Below the pieces are notes generated by a model. That model searched no databases. It was given only the letters and a program-made list of their open reading frames with translations, and was not told the origin of the DNA. Positions 19,660-29,782 of a DNA stretch of 64,000 nt are shown piece by piece (positions within the stretch are counted from its first letter, which is position 1; every line of letters begins with the position of its first letter). The position numbers and the translations under genes are program-made. Source of the stretch: Methanosarcinales archaeon (GTDB lineage: Archaea; Halobacteriota; UBA148; JAUWXC01); the NCBI GenBank assembly GCA_026016205.1, contig CP061209.1:117469-181468 (forward strand). The letters are read 5' to 3'.

Positions 19660-20883
19660 TTAAGCCCCAGTCCTGAATCTTAGGATGGCGGCAATTCCTC
19701 CAAATGCATTCATCAGTTGTTCTCCTTCCTCGAAATCAGTCGAGATAAATTCTACAGTGGTGTTCATCTGTTCTGCTACTTCAGATAGCTCCGCGACAAC
19801 GTCTGCACTTTTTTCCACTTCCATGTTAGCGCCACATTTGGGGCATGTCTCTACACCCAACTTTTGAACCGTTTTTTCCTGCTGAAAATCGCAACTAGGG
19901 CAGCGTAGATGCAACCTAATCCTGCGCAAATCCTCTGAGAGCAATAGCGTATCAACTGCGCCCAGTTTGAGATTTCTTCTAACTTCCTCTTCCCCATAGG
20001 CGGCTAGCTCCAGGTCGCTCACAAGTTCTTTCATGAATCTTTCCATAATGCGTTTTTCTTTGACGAGGTCCAGGTCTTGAAGCGTGTTAGAGGAAGCATC
20101 CACCAATTCATACAGCCCAGACTCATCCGTGTATGAGGCGTCAAATAACCCGAGAACCTTTGATTGCAATTCATGATGGAGATGCTCGCCACCTGCGAAT
20201 TCTTCTTTCGTAGGGCTCGGACCCCCAATCAATACGCCCTGGAAGTCTTTCCTGTCTATGTTGAGAAACACCTTGTTAGCTGCTTTGGCAATTCTCTCAT
20301 AAAATTCATTGATGGCGATCAATCGCAGTCTTTGAAATCGCTGTGCTGATTGGCCACCTTGCCTCTGTTTGCCAGGCACACTGGACGTCAGATGCTTTAT
20401 CGGTTCGATGTGCTTGCCCGTGAGCAATCCTATGGTGGCCTCCCTTCTATCTAATACAATCAAGCCGAACGTCTTTTTCTCCTTGAGCATATCCTCTAAT
20501 GGCGCGAGCACGAATTCAGAGCCGCAGCGGTACATGTACGTTGTAATGGGTTCTGGCGGCTCGAGAACTATCGTCTCCAGTTCGGTTTTATCTCCTCCAA
20601 GAGAGACGGTTCCACAGAATATTACTATCCCATTCTCGGGTGCTGCCTTAAAATACCTGAGCCTGGCCATGATAGAATCCAACGCACTCTGGACGTTGGT
20701 TCTTGTTGATTTTGACTTGATATTCGAGGCCTGGCCACGTTCATCCCTCAGCTGCGCTACGACATCGAAAATCTGCTTATCTGGAGGGATATAAATCGTG
20801 ACCAGTTCCGTTCCTTTTCCAACCTTTTCCCTCAGTTCCTCTATTTTCCGTTTAAATTCGTATTTTTTGTGGGCGTCCGACAT
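19660..20883 (-). CDS. prf1: peptide chain release factor aRF1
   Basis: GGQ motif 'PGKQRQGGQSAQRF', C-terminal Zn-ribbon Cys pairs; about 407 aa. Confidence 0.9.
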   Translation of the reverse strand: MSDAHKKYEFKRKIEELREKVGKGTELVTIYIPPDKQIFDVVAQLRDERGQASNIKSKSTRTNVQSALDSIMARLRYFKAAPENGIVIFCGTVSLGGDKTELETIVLEPPEPITTYMYRCGSEFVLAPLEDMLKEKKTFGLIVLDRREATIGLLTGKHIEPIKHLTSSVPGKQRQGGQSAQRFQRLRLIAINEFYERIAKAANKVFLNIDRKDFQGVLIGGPSPTKEEFAGGEHLHHELQSKVLGLFDASYTDESGLYELVDASSNTLQDLDLVKEKRIMERFMKELVSDLELAAYGEEEVRRNLKLGAVDTLLLSEDLRRIRLHLRCPSCDFQQEKTVQKLGVETCPKCGANMEVEKSADVVAELSEVAEQMNTTVEFISTDFEEGEQLMNAFGGIAAILRFRTGA

Positions 20884-21006
20884 CTGCGCCTCCTCGCATA
20901 AATGGGTTTATAGGTTAAAATGATTTGTCCACTAATGGCACCATACTGTATGGCGCATGACGGGCAATATACATAAGGGGCACGTCATATCTTCGTATTT
21001 TCATCA

Positions 21007-21315
21007 TTAAGCCTCATATACAATGTCCCGCGTGCATCTGTGATCTTCCAAGATATCTCCAAAGGCCCTATAGAAGTACTCGCATGCCCTATCTAAATCG
21101 TTCTGCCCCACTGCTGTAAGCGTATATGTGCGTGTTCTACCGGTAGTGTGCGAGCTTATTAATTTTTTTCTTTCCAGATTTCTGAGTGCTGGATATAAGG
21201 TTCCAGGATTCGGCTTCTCCCCCCTTCTTTTCGCTATTTCTTGTGCCAACTCCTGTCCATACATTTCTTTCTTAGAGAGCAACCATAGAATCGTAAAAGA
21301 GAGAAATCCTCTCAT
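21007..21315 (-). CDS. PadR-family transcriptional regulator
   Basis: 'MYGQELAQEI...GTLYPALRNLERKKLI' wHTH typical of PadR. Confidence 0.7.
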   Translation of the reverse strand: MRGFLSFTILWLLSKKEMYGQELAQEIAKRRGEKPNPGTLYPALRNLERKKLISSHTTGRTRTYTLTAVGQNDLDRACEYFYRAFGDILEDHRCTRDIVYEA

Positions 21316-21348
21316 GTCACAGTACTCAGAATTGACAACCCTCATAGA

Positions 21349-21414
21349 TTAATATTGGGTGTACATTACTTTTAAAGTTTTCGGTCTTACCTTATATTGC
21401 ATGCCCAATATTAA
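21349..21414. promoter_or_regulatory. perfect 11-bp inverted repeat TTAATATTGGG ... CCCAATATTAA with 44-bp spacer
   Basis: seen directly between the pyrH stop and the padR start; the spacer contains a TTTAAAG TATA-like element. Confidence 0.4.
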
Positions 21415-22085
21415 AGGATTATTTCCGTCCCATTATGTTTTCCATTAAGAACCGCATCTACAATGCTCTTGGGATTTGAGCCATCTAACACGATTGTGTG
21501 AATCTTGGACCTTTCAATGATTTTTGCCGCTAATGGATCCATGATTGACTGGGCTCCTGCCTTCATTTCACTCTTCATAACGATATCTACCAACTGTTCT
21601 GGCGTGATTCTGTCCAGTTTTTTGGCACCCGCGTTCTTTGGATCTGTGGTATATACTCCGTCAATGGATGTCGCGCTGACGAGTAAATCTGCTTGGATAT
21701 ATTCAGCCAGAATCGCTGCGACTGCATCCGTAGTTTGACCAGGGGCAACGCCACCCATTACGACTATTTTTCCGGACGATGCAGCGCGTTCAGCCTCTTC
21801 ATAGTTAGTCGGAGGTACAGGATGTGCATTTTTTCCCAGGGCGGATATCAACAAGCGCGCATTTAGCCTTGTTACATCAATGCCAATGATATCACATATC
21901 GCCTCGTTTGCACTAAGGTTGCGTACAACTTGAATATACTCTCTTGCAATGGCACCGCCGCCAGCCACGACAAAAACCGTGTGCTTCTTGGCGACTTCCT
22001 TTATCGCCTCTGCATACTTTCCAAAGTTCTTTGAATCCAATGTGGGTGCGAGAATAGAGCCGCCAATTGACATTACAACTATCAT
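21411..22085 (-). CDS. pyrH: UMP kinase (archaeal type)
   Basis: amino-acid-kinase fold blocks 'VVAGGGAIAREYI', 'VVMGGVAPGQTTD'; about 224 aa. Confidence 0.85.
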   Translation of the reverse strand: MIVVMSIGGSILAPTLDSKNFGKYAEAIKEVAKKHTVFVVAGGGAIAREYIQVVRNLSANEAICDIIGIDVTRLNARLLISALGKNAHPVPPTNYEEAERAASSGKIVVMGGVAPGQTTDAVAAILAEYIQADLLVSATSIDGVYTTDPKNAGAKKLDRITPEQLVDIVMKSEMKAGAQSIMDPLAAKIIERSKIHTIVLDGSNPKSIVDAVLNGKHNGTEIIL

Positions 22086-22183
22086 TGCATTCCCCCTTAT
22101 CGCCTGAAGTATTAAGGGGTTTCGATTGAAAAAGATTTATTTAAGCATGGGCAAAATAACATATCCTCTAGTCAGGTGATATA

Positions 22184-22369
22184 ATGGTAAAAATCATACC
22201 TCATAAACATTGTACAACGTGTGGAAAGTCGATTGTGCCCGAGGAGACGTTCTGCTCTGATAAGTGTAAAAAGCAATACGATGACGCTCAAAAGAGACAA
22301 AAGTTGATATTCATAGCGTTCATCGTGCTGGCATTCTTCATGCTAGTCTCGCCGCTCCTGGGGCTATAG
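22184..22369 (+). CDS. small Zn-ribbon protein with C-terminal TM helix
   Basis: CTTC...CSDKC Cys pairs then hydrophobic tail. Confidence 0.4.
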   Translation: MVKIIPHKHCTTCGKSIVPEETFCSDKCKKQYDDAQKRQKLIFIAFIVLAFFMLVSPLLGL

Positions 22370-22425
22370 TGAAAGGCACGTATAAATACTAATAGTGACT
22401 ACAGACATCCCTTAGAGGAGGTTTA

Positions 22426-22890
22426 ATGTTCAGACGGGCGTTCGCGATTTCGGTGATACTGCTCCTGATGATGCCCATGGCATCTGCAGCCAGTGGGGAG
22501 TCGAGATACATCGATATCGAGAGGGCAACGATGACGTTTGATGGAGCCGATGCGAACATCGTCGTAAAGTATAGTGTCGATAACCTGTTTGCCAAACTCT
22601 ATATTTGGCTACTGGGTCCAGAAGTCATAAAACAAAAGTTGGAGAGCACATTTTTCGATTTACAGATTCAGATTGTAGAGATATCATGTGATGAAGCTGT
22701 GATTGTTGCCAGTGATGTGATAACATACAACAATGGGCGATACTATATAGGGCCGCACCAACTGGGCCAGAACGTCGACACATGTGTTATAACATTTTCA
22801 GATGGCTATACAATAACGCTTGAGTCCATAGATACAATACCATCGCTTGTACATCCCAGCGACACGGCATTTTACATGATTCTCCCGTAA
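22426..22890 (+). CDS. secreted hypothetical protein
   Basis: N-terminal signal peptide MFRRAFAISVILLLMMPMASAAS; no motif recognised. Confidence 0.4.
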   Translation: MFRRAFAISVILLLMMPMASAASGESRYIDIERATMTFDGADANIVVKYSVDNLFAKLYIWLLGPEVIKQKLESTFFDLQIQIVEISCDEAVIVASDVITYNNGRYYIGPHQLGQNVDTCVITFSDGYTITLESIDTIPSLVHPSDTAFYMILP

Positions 22891-23265
22891 TCATTTCTTG
22901 CGCTTACGTTTCTTGCCTTTAACATCACCAAAAACAGATGGCAGATGAACCATATATGTCCCCTCTTCCTTCAGCGCCATAATAATTTCTGGCCTATCAA
23001 GAAGCGACTCGATGTTAAGTTCATATGAACCGGGGCCGAGTATTTTTACACTCTCTACCCTATGGGAATCGGCATCTTTGGGGGACTTTTTCTCTTCAAC
23101 TTCTGCTTTGCTTATCAGCTCGTCGATGTTTATTGCCTCTGATTCTGATGCCTCATCTCCAGTTACATAAAGAAATTTATTCCAGCTGCAACTGGGACAC
23201 CCATTCAGAATTTCGGATGCACCATCCTTGAATATTTTCCCACATCTGGTGCATTTGTGTGGCAT
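22891..23265 (-). CDS. Zn-ribbon protein (archaeal DUF2072-like) with poly-Lys tail
   Basis: 'HKCTRCGK...CPSCSWNKF'; conserved partner of the GTPase and DUF2073 genes. Confidence 0.5.
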   Translation of the reverse strand: MPHKCTRCGKIFKDGASEILNGCPSCSWNKFLYVTGDEASESEAINIDELISKAEVEEKKSPKDADSHRVESVKILGPGSYELNIESLLDRPEIIMALKEEGTYMVHLPSVFGDVKGKKRKRKK

Positions 23266-23271
23266 TCTACC

Positions 23272-23694
23272 TCATGAACGTACAGATACTAGTGCACTGA
23301 TAAAATCATGATCCCTCTTTAGTGTCTTGAGTTGGTCCGCTGCTCCGACTACGGTGAGCCGTGTCTCAATTGTAGTTTTTCCCAAAAGTTTGCCCAGAAA
23401 TGTAGTTCTCTGTTTGCAGGGATAACTTTCGATTTCAATACCGGAAAAGTCGTCTGGCGTGATCTCGGTCATGGTCATCTCGATTAACTTTGCCTCTTCT
23501 TCCGGGGTAAGCCCCCTCTCAAGGATTACAATGCTGCCGTTTCTGACCATATCTAGTATGAATCTGATCTTTTCCATCGAGGCCATGGTTGAGAAACGGT
23601 CTCCTGAGACGAGGTCTATTTTAATTCCTTTCTGGTTAGTTGACTTTTTAGTCCGTTTCTTCTTAGTTTTCTTCTTGCTCATCTTTATCCTCAC
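23272..23694 (-). CDS. uncharacterised archaeal protein (DUF2073-like)
   Basis: about 140 aa, between the Zn-ribbon protein and a small GTPase, an arrangement recalled as conserved in archaea. Confidence 0.45.
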   Translation of the reverse strand: MRIKMSKKKTKKKRTKKSTNQKGIKIDLVSGDRFSTMASMEKIRFILDMVRNGSIVILERGLTPEEEAKLIEMTMTEITPDDFSGIEIESYPCKQRTTFLGKLLGKTTIETRLTVVGAADQLKTLKRDHDFISALVSVRS

Positions 23695-24359
23695 CCAAAA
23701 TGATTCGCAATCGATTCATAAAGTTTGTCTATATTATATCCCTCAAGGGCAGACATGGGGATTACTGTATGCTGTGGAAATGCGCTTTTAATCCTCGCCG
23801 GTGAAGCTTCTGGCAAATCTATCTTATTTGCCACGATTAACAAGGGCAATTCCCTTGCCTCCATGTTGCCGATGACCGTGACGTTTACCTGCGTAAACGG
23901 GTCCTCGGCTGCATCCATAATCAACAGGATGCCGTCCAAATCATCAAGCCATTTAATCGCTTCTATTACCCCTTCCGTCGCCTCCTTTGCCCTGCGCTTT
24001 GCTTCCTCCTCCTCCAATCCATAAGCCATAAAATCATGAAAATCAATCTTTGTTGCCAAGCCGGGCGTATCTACGATATCCAGGGTTATGGTTGCGCCAT
24101 TAGCATTGATCACTACTCCCTCCTTCTTCCTCGCCCTGCGGGTCTCGTGCGGCATCTCGGATATAGGTCCCATTGCATCCCCGCTCCAATCCCTGATGAT
24201 CCTATTGGCGAGGGTTGTTTTTCCAGCATTTGGTGGACCATAAATGCCAATGCGTGCCTTCTTCTTCTTAAAAATCTTTTTAGCCCAAGATGGTAAATTT
24301 TTCTTGACCTTCGCTATTATTCCCATTCTCCCCCCTCTAAAGAAGATATCACATAAATA
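23691..24359 (-). CDS. small archaeal GTPase (COG2229-like, Era/EngB-related)
   Basis: G1 'GPPNAGKTT', G3 'DTPG', G4 'NKID'; true start taken at MGIIAKV (the track ORF 23691-25076 is an artificial upstream extension). Confidence 0.6.
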   Translation of the reverse strand, partial: YLCDIFFRGGRMGIIAKVKKNLPSWAKKIFKKKKARIGIYGPPNAGKTTLANRIIRDWSGDAMGPISEMPHETRRARKKEGVVINANGATITLDIVDTPGLATKIDFHDFMAYGLEEEEAKRRAKEATEGVIEAIKWLDDLDGILLIMDAAEDPFTQVNVTVIGNMEARELPLLIVANKIDLPEASPARIKSAFPQHTVIPMSALEGYNIDKLYESIANHFG

Positions 24360-24459
24360 TATGTTCCAGTCGCCATATATATCTTTATTGCACCGAACGA
24401 ACGCGATTGTTTTATAGGTAAAGCACAGAATAATACATGGCAGCAAGGAGGAACACGAC

Positions 24460-25014
24460 ATGGAAACCAGAATGCCAGTGCGAGAAATCATGACAAAAGG
24501 TGTTATCACCGCCGAAACTGATATGAAAGTCTCGGATGCAGGGAGAAAGATGCTTACGCGTAATATAGGGACCCTTATCATAACAGAAAAGGGCAAACCC
24601 GTGGGCGTCGTGACAGAGCGAGATATGGTGCGAAAAATCATCGCTAAAGACCTGCGCCCAAGTTCTGCCACGCTCAAGGATTTGATGACACAGCCACTTG
24701 TTACCGTATCCCCAGATGACAGCATAGACAAGGCGGCACGAAAAATGGCAGAGTTGAACATCAGGAGACTGCCCGTTATCGAGGATGACAAACTGATTGG
24801 CATCGTCACTGATACTGATATGATTGCGGTCTCATCTGGACTTGCTGATATTCTTTCAAATTTAATCGAGATGAACCGTGAGAACATTCCATTCAGGCCT
24901 GGGAAAGGATTTGAACAAGGCATCTGTGAGAGGTGTGAAACGCTTTCAGACTCTCTGGAAATGGTAGATGGAATATTGGTTTGTGAGAGTTGTAAAGACG
25001 AGACGTCCCGGTAG
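24460..25014 (+). CDS. CBS-pair protein with C-terminal Zn-ribbon
   Basis: two CBS motifs plus 'CERC...CESC'. Confidence 0.7.
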   Translation: METRMPVREIMTKGVITAETDMKVSDAGRKMLTRNIGTLIITEKGKPVGVVTERDMVRKIIAKDLRPSSATLKDLMTQPLVTVSPDDSIDKAARKMAELNIRRLPVIEDDKLIGIVTDTDMIAVSSGLADILSNLIEMNRENIPFRPGKGFEQGICERCETLSDSLEMVDGILVCESCKDETSR

Positions 25015-25041
25015 GAGAGGATTCTAATAAAAGTACAGGCT

Positions 25042-25785
25042 GTGATGTCCCAGAATCCAGTGTTTATCAAAGACACCGAGTTTATAACTAAAGCACGCCA
25101 GTTGATTAGGGACTACCATTTCAGGAGCCTGCCGGTTGTTGATAATGCTCGTAAAGTCATCGGAATGATTACAGAGGAAGATGTCCTGAAAATTACGTCC
25201 ACAAAGTCAAATGTGACCGTCGAGGGATTTGCTCGCAAGTGCCCGATGATCACACCCCTAGATGATATAAGAGATGTTGCAATAAAGATGATAAACATCA
25301 AAATGGGTGGGCTGCCCGTAGTTAAATCCTCACAAGATGGAAAGTTGGTGGGAATGATCAGCATGGTGGACATATTTAAAAAGATCAATCTCGACAAGAT
25401 TCCTCACAAGAGGGTAAAGGAAATAATGACTCCAAAAGTCAAGGTTTGTTCTCCGAAAGGCCCTGTATCAAAAGTATGGGCAAACATCCTCGAGCTCGGA
25501 TATTCTGGATTTCCCGTTGTTAGAGGGAAAAATGAACTGATAGGAATGGTCACTCGCCAAGACATAATCAAAGCTGGTTGTGCTAGGATGGGTAGGGAGT
25601 CCCCGCCGGTAGAGAAAATAATGAGTACCCCAAGCTATACGGTCCATCCTGGAGCCAGCTTGAAAGACGCCATCAAATTGATGTTGGCGCATGATATTGG
25701 GAGGCTGCCCGTTGTCGAGGATGACAAACTGGTTGGTATCGTAGATAGGTATGATTTGATTGGAGCTATCTTTGAGGCGATGTAA
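25042..25785 (+). CDS. CBS-domain protein (4 CBS motifs)
   Basis: repeated 'GxLPVVdd..LvGIvT..D' CBS signatures. Confidence 0.75.
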   Translation: MMSQNPVFIKDTEFITKARQLIRDYHFRSLPVVDNARKVIGMITEEDVLKITSTKSNVTVEGFARKCPMITPLDDIRDVAIKMINIKMGGLPVVKSSQDGKLVGMISMVDIFKKINLDKIPHKRVKEIMTPKVKVCSPKGPVSKVWANILELGYSGFPVVRGKNELIGMVTRQDIIKAGCARMGRESPPVEKIMSTPSYTVHPGASLKDAIKLMLAHDIGRLPVVEDDKLVGIVDRYDLIGAIFEAM

Positions 25786-26732
25786 TGAAAAGGTGCTACG
25801 ACCGCATGAAAAAAGGAGCAAGACTCGCAAACGATGCGAGCGAAGCCGTGCTTGATAGGGGGCCGGTAGAATTTAAATCCCGTATATCCTCGCACTCAGG
25901 CGATGTGATGACAATTGCGTCCAGGGAGGTGGTCACGATTCCGCCGACCATGACGATTATGGGTGCGATAAAAACGATGATGACGTACGGCTTTAGGCGG
26001 ATTCCTATTGCAGACCCGGGTACGAACAGGCTTGTTGGGATTCTCACGAGCGTTGATTTGATTGATTTCCTGGGAGGTGGTGAACGACACAATTTGATTA
26101 AAAATAGACATAGCGGCAACCTGCTTGCTGCAATCAATGAAGACGTCCGGGAAATCATGGAAGTCGACGTGATAACGCTGAGTAAGTCGCAATCGTTAGA
26201 AGATGCGCTAAGCACGATGCTCAGCCAGAATATAGGCGGGCTGCCTATCGTGGATGATGAACACAGGGTTGTAGGCATCGTTTCCGAGCTCGATTTTGCG
26301 CGTTTAATCGCCGATGTGAAGACAGGAAAAATTGTAAAAGATTACATGAGCCGAAGGGTGGTAACTGCACCGCCTGATATGTCTATAGCAGAGGCTGCCA
26401 AAACGATGGTTTCCAATGGGTTTAGGCGGCTCCCAATCATAAAGGATGGAGTGTCCCTTGGGATCGTCACCGCCACTGATATTGTGAGATATCTTGGTGA
26501 TGGAAAAGCATTTGGCAAACTGGCTACTGGATACATTCAGGAAGCGTTAGAGCCTGCTATTAAGACAATTATGGTGCCCAATGTTATCGCCACGACATCC
26601 AATGTCGACTTGGGTGATGCTACCAAACTCATGATGGACAAAAAGGTGGGGTCATTATTGGTCATTGACGATGGCTTCCTGATGGGCATACTCACCGAGA
26701 GAGACGTCCTGCGGGCATTATGTATAGATTAA
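25785..26732 (+). CDS. CBS-domain protein (4 CBS motifs)
   Basis: CBS signatures; start overlaps upstream stop (ATGA). Confidence 0.75.
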   Translation: MKRCYDRMKKGARLANDASEAVLDRGPVEFKSRISSHSGDVMTIASREVVTIPPTMTIMGAIKTMMTYGFRRIPIADPGTNRLVGILTSVDLIDFLGGGERHNLIKNRHSGNLLAAINEDVREIMEVDVITLSKSQSLEDALSTMLSQNIGGLPIVDDEHRVVGIVSELDFARLIADVKTGKIVKDYMSRRVVTAPPDMSIAEAAKTMVSNGFRRLPIIKDGVSLGIVTATDIVRYLGDGKAFGKLATGYIQEALEPAIKTIMVPNVIATTSNVDLGDATKLMMDKKVGSLLVIDDGFLMGILTERDVLRALCID

Positions 26733-26758
26733 ACTAAAGTGCTTTTTGAGGTAATGGC

Positions 26759-27619
26759 ATGAAAGGCATGAAAGTGAAGGATGTTATGAGCTCGCCTGTA
26801 CACGTGATTGCTCTAGAGGATACCATCGCGCATGCGAGACGTCTGATGCTCAGACACGGGATTAGTAGATTGGTGGTTGTTGATAAAGAGAAACCCGTGG
26901 GGGTAGTCACGAAATCCGACCTGATGTGGAAACTTAGGCAGGCGGGACCCATGTGGCGCAGGCGGCAAATTGATCGCACTCCAATAAAGGTGGTGATGAG
27001 CGAAAATCCAGTCACTACATATCCTGATGCATTACTGGAAGAAACTGAAGAGTTGATGCTGGAAAACAACATCGGCGGATTGCCTGTTGTAGATGATGGA
27101 TTAATTGGCATGGTCAGTAAATTTGACATAGTTCGCCAGTTTTCCAACACTGTATCAAGAGTCAAAGTCGGAGATATAATTGGTGATTTTGTCGTAACGG
27201 TCCATCGTCATAGCTCGATAAATCACGTGATTGATGAGATGCAGGAAAATGACGTACACAGGGTAGTTGTAATGGAAGATGACGATACGCCGGTTGGTAT
27301 CATCACATCCTCTAATTTGGCATTTATTGAATCAGAAACTGAGAAGGGCGAGATGCCGGAGAAGAAGATAAAGATGACCAGAAAGGACAGTCCTGCAGGA
27401 CGTAAACGATTCAGGGATATAGAAAAGAAAGGGCTCGTTGCTGAAGATGTTATGTCATCTCCTCTAATAACTGTGGATAAGAATGAGTTTGTGGTCAATG
27501 CTGCAAAAATGCTAATAGGACACAAAATCGAAGGAATGCCTGTGGTGGACGGGAGATTAGTGGGTGTTATCTCCAAGACCGACATTATCAGGATGCTTCA
27601 CTCTGTTGCCACAGCTTAA
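26759..27619 (+). CDS. CBS-domain protein (4 CBS motifs)
   Basis: CBS signatures. Confidence 0.75.
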   Translation: MKGMKVKDVMSSPVHVIALEDTIAHARRLMLRHGISRLVVVDKEKPVGVVTKSDLMWKLRQAGPMWRRRQIDRTPIKVVMSENPVTTYPDALLEETEELMLENNIGGLPVVDDGLIGMVSKFDIVRQFSNTVSRVKVGDIIGDFVVTVHRHSSINHVIDEMQENDVHRVVVMEDDDTPVGIITSSNLAFIESETEKGEMPEKKIKMTRKDSPAGRKRFRDIEKKGLVAEDVMSSPLITVDKNEFVVNAAKMLIGHKIEGMPVVDGRLVGVISKTDIIRMLHSVATA

Positions 27620-27640
27620 ACGAAAGTATGTGGAGGGTAA

Positions 27641-28465
27641 ATGATGAAGGGATGCAAGGTTAAGGATATAATGGCGGAAGCGCTAACGATTGACAAATCA
27701 GAGATGCTGTCACATGCCCTTGATTTGATGGAAAAACACGATGTTAGGCGCTTGTTGGTCACAAAAGATGGTAAATTGATTGGAGTGGTGACGCAGCGCG
27801 GGATTGCAAGGGCGCTTGGCACCCGAAAGAAGTCAAGCCTGCCGGCATCATCTTTACATGTGGCTACAGCGATGAGCGAACACTTGGCGACAATCTCTCC
27901 GGATGATGAAACGGAGAAAGCCATTCAACTGCTCAAGGGCGAGGACATCTTGGCTGTTGTGAATGGTGGTCTGGTTGGATGGGTAACTCCTAATGAAGTA
28001 CTCGCCATCATGTATCCGAAGGGGTATGCCGGTGAGATCATGAAACCCCCCATCACCACGATACCCGGTGATAGAGTGGTGCACATTAGAAGGCGCATGT
28101 ATGAGGGGGACATTGGCAGGATGCCAGTCATAGATGACGGGCAATTAGTGGGGATGGTCACAGAAAGCGACATAGCAAGGGCGATGAGAGCATTCCGTGA
28201 CATTGTCCCAGGGCATCAGCAGGAGACGAGGATCAGGAATCTGATTGTCAGCGATATAATGAGTGTCAACGCCAAGTTTGTTCGGACAAACACGCCATTG
28301 CAGGAAGTTGTTGATGTGATACTGAAGGAGAATATAGGTGGCGTACCCGTCCTTGATTTACAGGATAATGTGGTAGGGATTATCACGCGCCGGGATATCG
28401 TTAGGCATGGTAATGATTGCCAGTCCTCAGCGGTGAGCTGTGGTAAACTGCCATTCAACGCTTAG
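27641..28465 (+). CDS. CBS-domain protein (4 CBS motifs)
   Basis: CBS signatures. Confidence 0.75.
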   Translation: MMKGCKVKDIMAEALTIDKSEMLSHALDLMEKHDVRRLLVTKDGKLIGVVTQRGIARALGTRKKSSLPASSLHVATAMSEHLATISPDDETEKAIQLLKGEDILAVVNGGLVGWVTPNEVLAIMYPKGYAGEIMKPPITTIPGDRVVHIRRRMYEGDIGRMPVIDDGQLVGMVTESDIARAMRAFRDIVPGHQQETRIRNLIVSDIMSVNAKFVRTNTPLQEVVDVILKENIGGVPVLDLQDNVVGIITRRDIVRHGNDCQSSAVSCGKLPFNA

Positions 28466-28630
28466 GGCGCTGTGCTATTTATGTAACTCCGCAACATCTT
28501 TTGTCTGCCTGACTCATCCTGCCGAGAATATACTGTCCAGAACTCTTCCTTGTTCATATTACTGCCCCCTCTAGTTTGTACTATTCTTCCCCATCGTCTA
28601 TAATAATAGGGCATTGTTGAAACTGGTTAA

Positions 28631-29782
28631 TTAACTTTTTGGAGATACGAACGTTTCCATGCGCTCCAGCGCCTCTTTTATTACATCTCTTGAGGTCGCG
28701 TATGCACATCGAATAAATCCTTCGCCGCATGCGCCGAACACGTTTCCGGGTACGACTGCTACCTTTTGCTCCTTCAGCAACTTCTCTGCAAACTTCTCTG
28801 AACTCATGCCAGTGCTTTTTATTGAAGGGAATGCGTAAAATGCCCCTTTTGGCTCGATACAGTCTAATCCAAGTGCGTTGAGCCCCTTAACAATGAGCCT
28901 TCGCCTCCTGTCATATTCCTTCACCATGGCAAGCATATCCTCTCTGCCGTTTTTCAGCGCCTCTATGGCTGCCATCTGTGCTGTGATGGGGGCACAGAGC
29001 ATCGTATATTGGTGGATTTTTAGCATTGCACCTATTATCTCAGGCGTTGATGCAGCGTATCCAATTCTCCAGCCGGTCATCGCATACGCCTTGGAGAGGC
29101 CATTAAGCAGAATGGTCCTATCCTGCATGCCATTTAACGAGGCAAAGCACGTATGCTTCCCATCATATGTCAGTTTATCATATACTTCGTCAGATATTAC
29201 GATTAAATCATGCTCCACGATCACATCTGCTATCGCCTCCAAATCTTTCTTATTCATGACTGCCCCTGTGGGGTTGTTCGGATAGCTCAATACGACCGCT
29301 TTGGTCTTGTCTGTTATTTTGTCCCTTATCTGCTCAGGGGTGACCTTGAAGTGATTTGATGAATCAGTTGCAACCGGCACGGGTTTTCCACCAGCAAATA
29401 CTACACATGGGCTGTATGACACGTAGCAGGGCTCTACAACGATGACCTCATCACCTGGATTTGTGATGGCGCGTATTGCCAGGTCTATCGCCTCGCTTAC
29501 GCCGGTGGTAACCAGAATTTGATCCTCCGGACTATATGTGATGCCATAGTCCGAGATGATGGCCTGCGCTATTTCATCCCTTAACTCTTGCAGTCCCCAG
29601 TTGGATGTGTATGATGTGTATCCCTTTTCTAAAGAGTAAATACAGGCCTCTCTGACGGGCCATGGTGTAACAAAGTCAGGCTCGCCAACGCCCAATGATA
29701 TCACATCATCCATCCCTATGACCATCTCGAAGAATTTTCGAATTCCTGATGACGGGATTTGCTGAACTCTCTTTGCTATCAT
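28631..29782 (-). CDS. aspC: aspartate/aromatic aminotransferase (class I PLP)
   Basis: 'SYPNNPTG', 'LSKAYAMTGWRIGY' blocks; 383 aa. Confidence 0.85.
   Translation of the reverse strand: MIAKRVQQIPSSGIRKFFEMVIGMDDVISLGVGEPDFVTPWPVREACIYSLEKGYTSYTSNWGLQELRDEIAQAIISDYGITYSPEDQILVTTGVSEAIDLAIRAITNPGDEVIVVEPCYVSYSPCVVFAGGKPVPVATDSSNHFKVTPEQIRDKITDKTKAVVLSYPNNPTGAVMNKKDLEAIADVIVEHDLIVISDEVYDKLTYDGKHTCFASLNGMQDRTILLNGLSKAYAMTGWRIGYAASTPEIIGAMLKIHQYTMLCAPITAQMAAIEALKNGREDMLAMVKEYDRRRRLIVKGLNALGLDCIEPKGAFYAFPSIKSTGMSSEKFAEKLLKEQKVAVVPGNVFGACGEGFIRCAYATSRDVIKEALERMETFVSPKS

Noticed and set aside
23691-25076. 461-aa ORF in the track for the GTPase gene
   Set aside because: Only the C-terminal ~222 aa form the GTPase. 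The N-terminal ~240 aa are low-complexity, overlap the divergent promoter region and the first CBS gene on the other strand, so the start was reset to MGIIAKV (24359).
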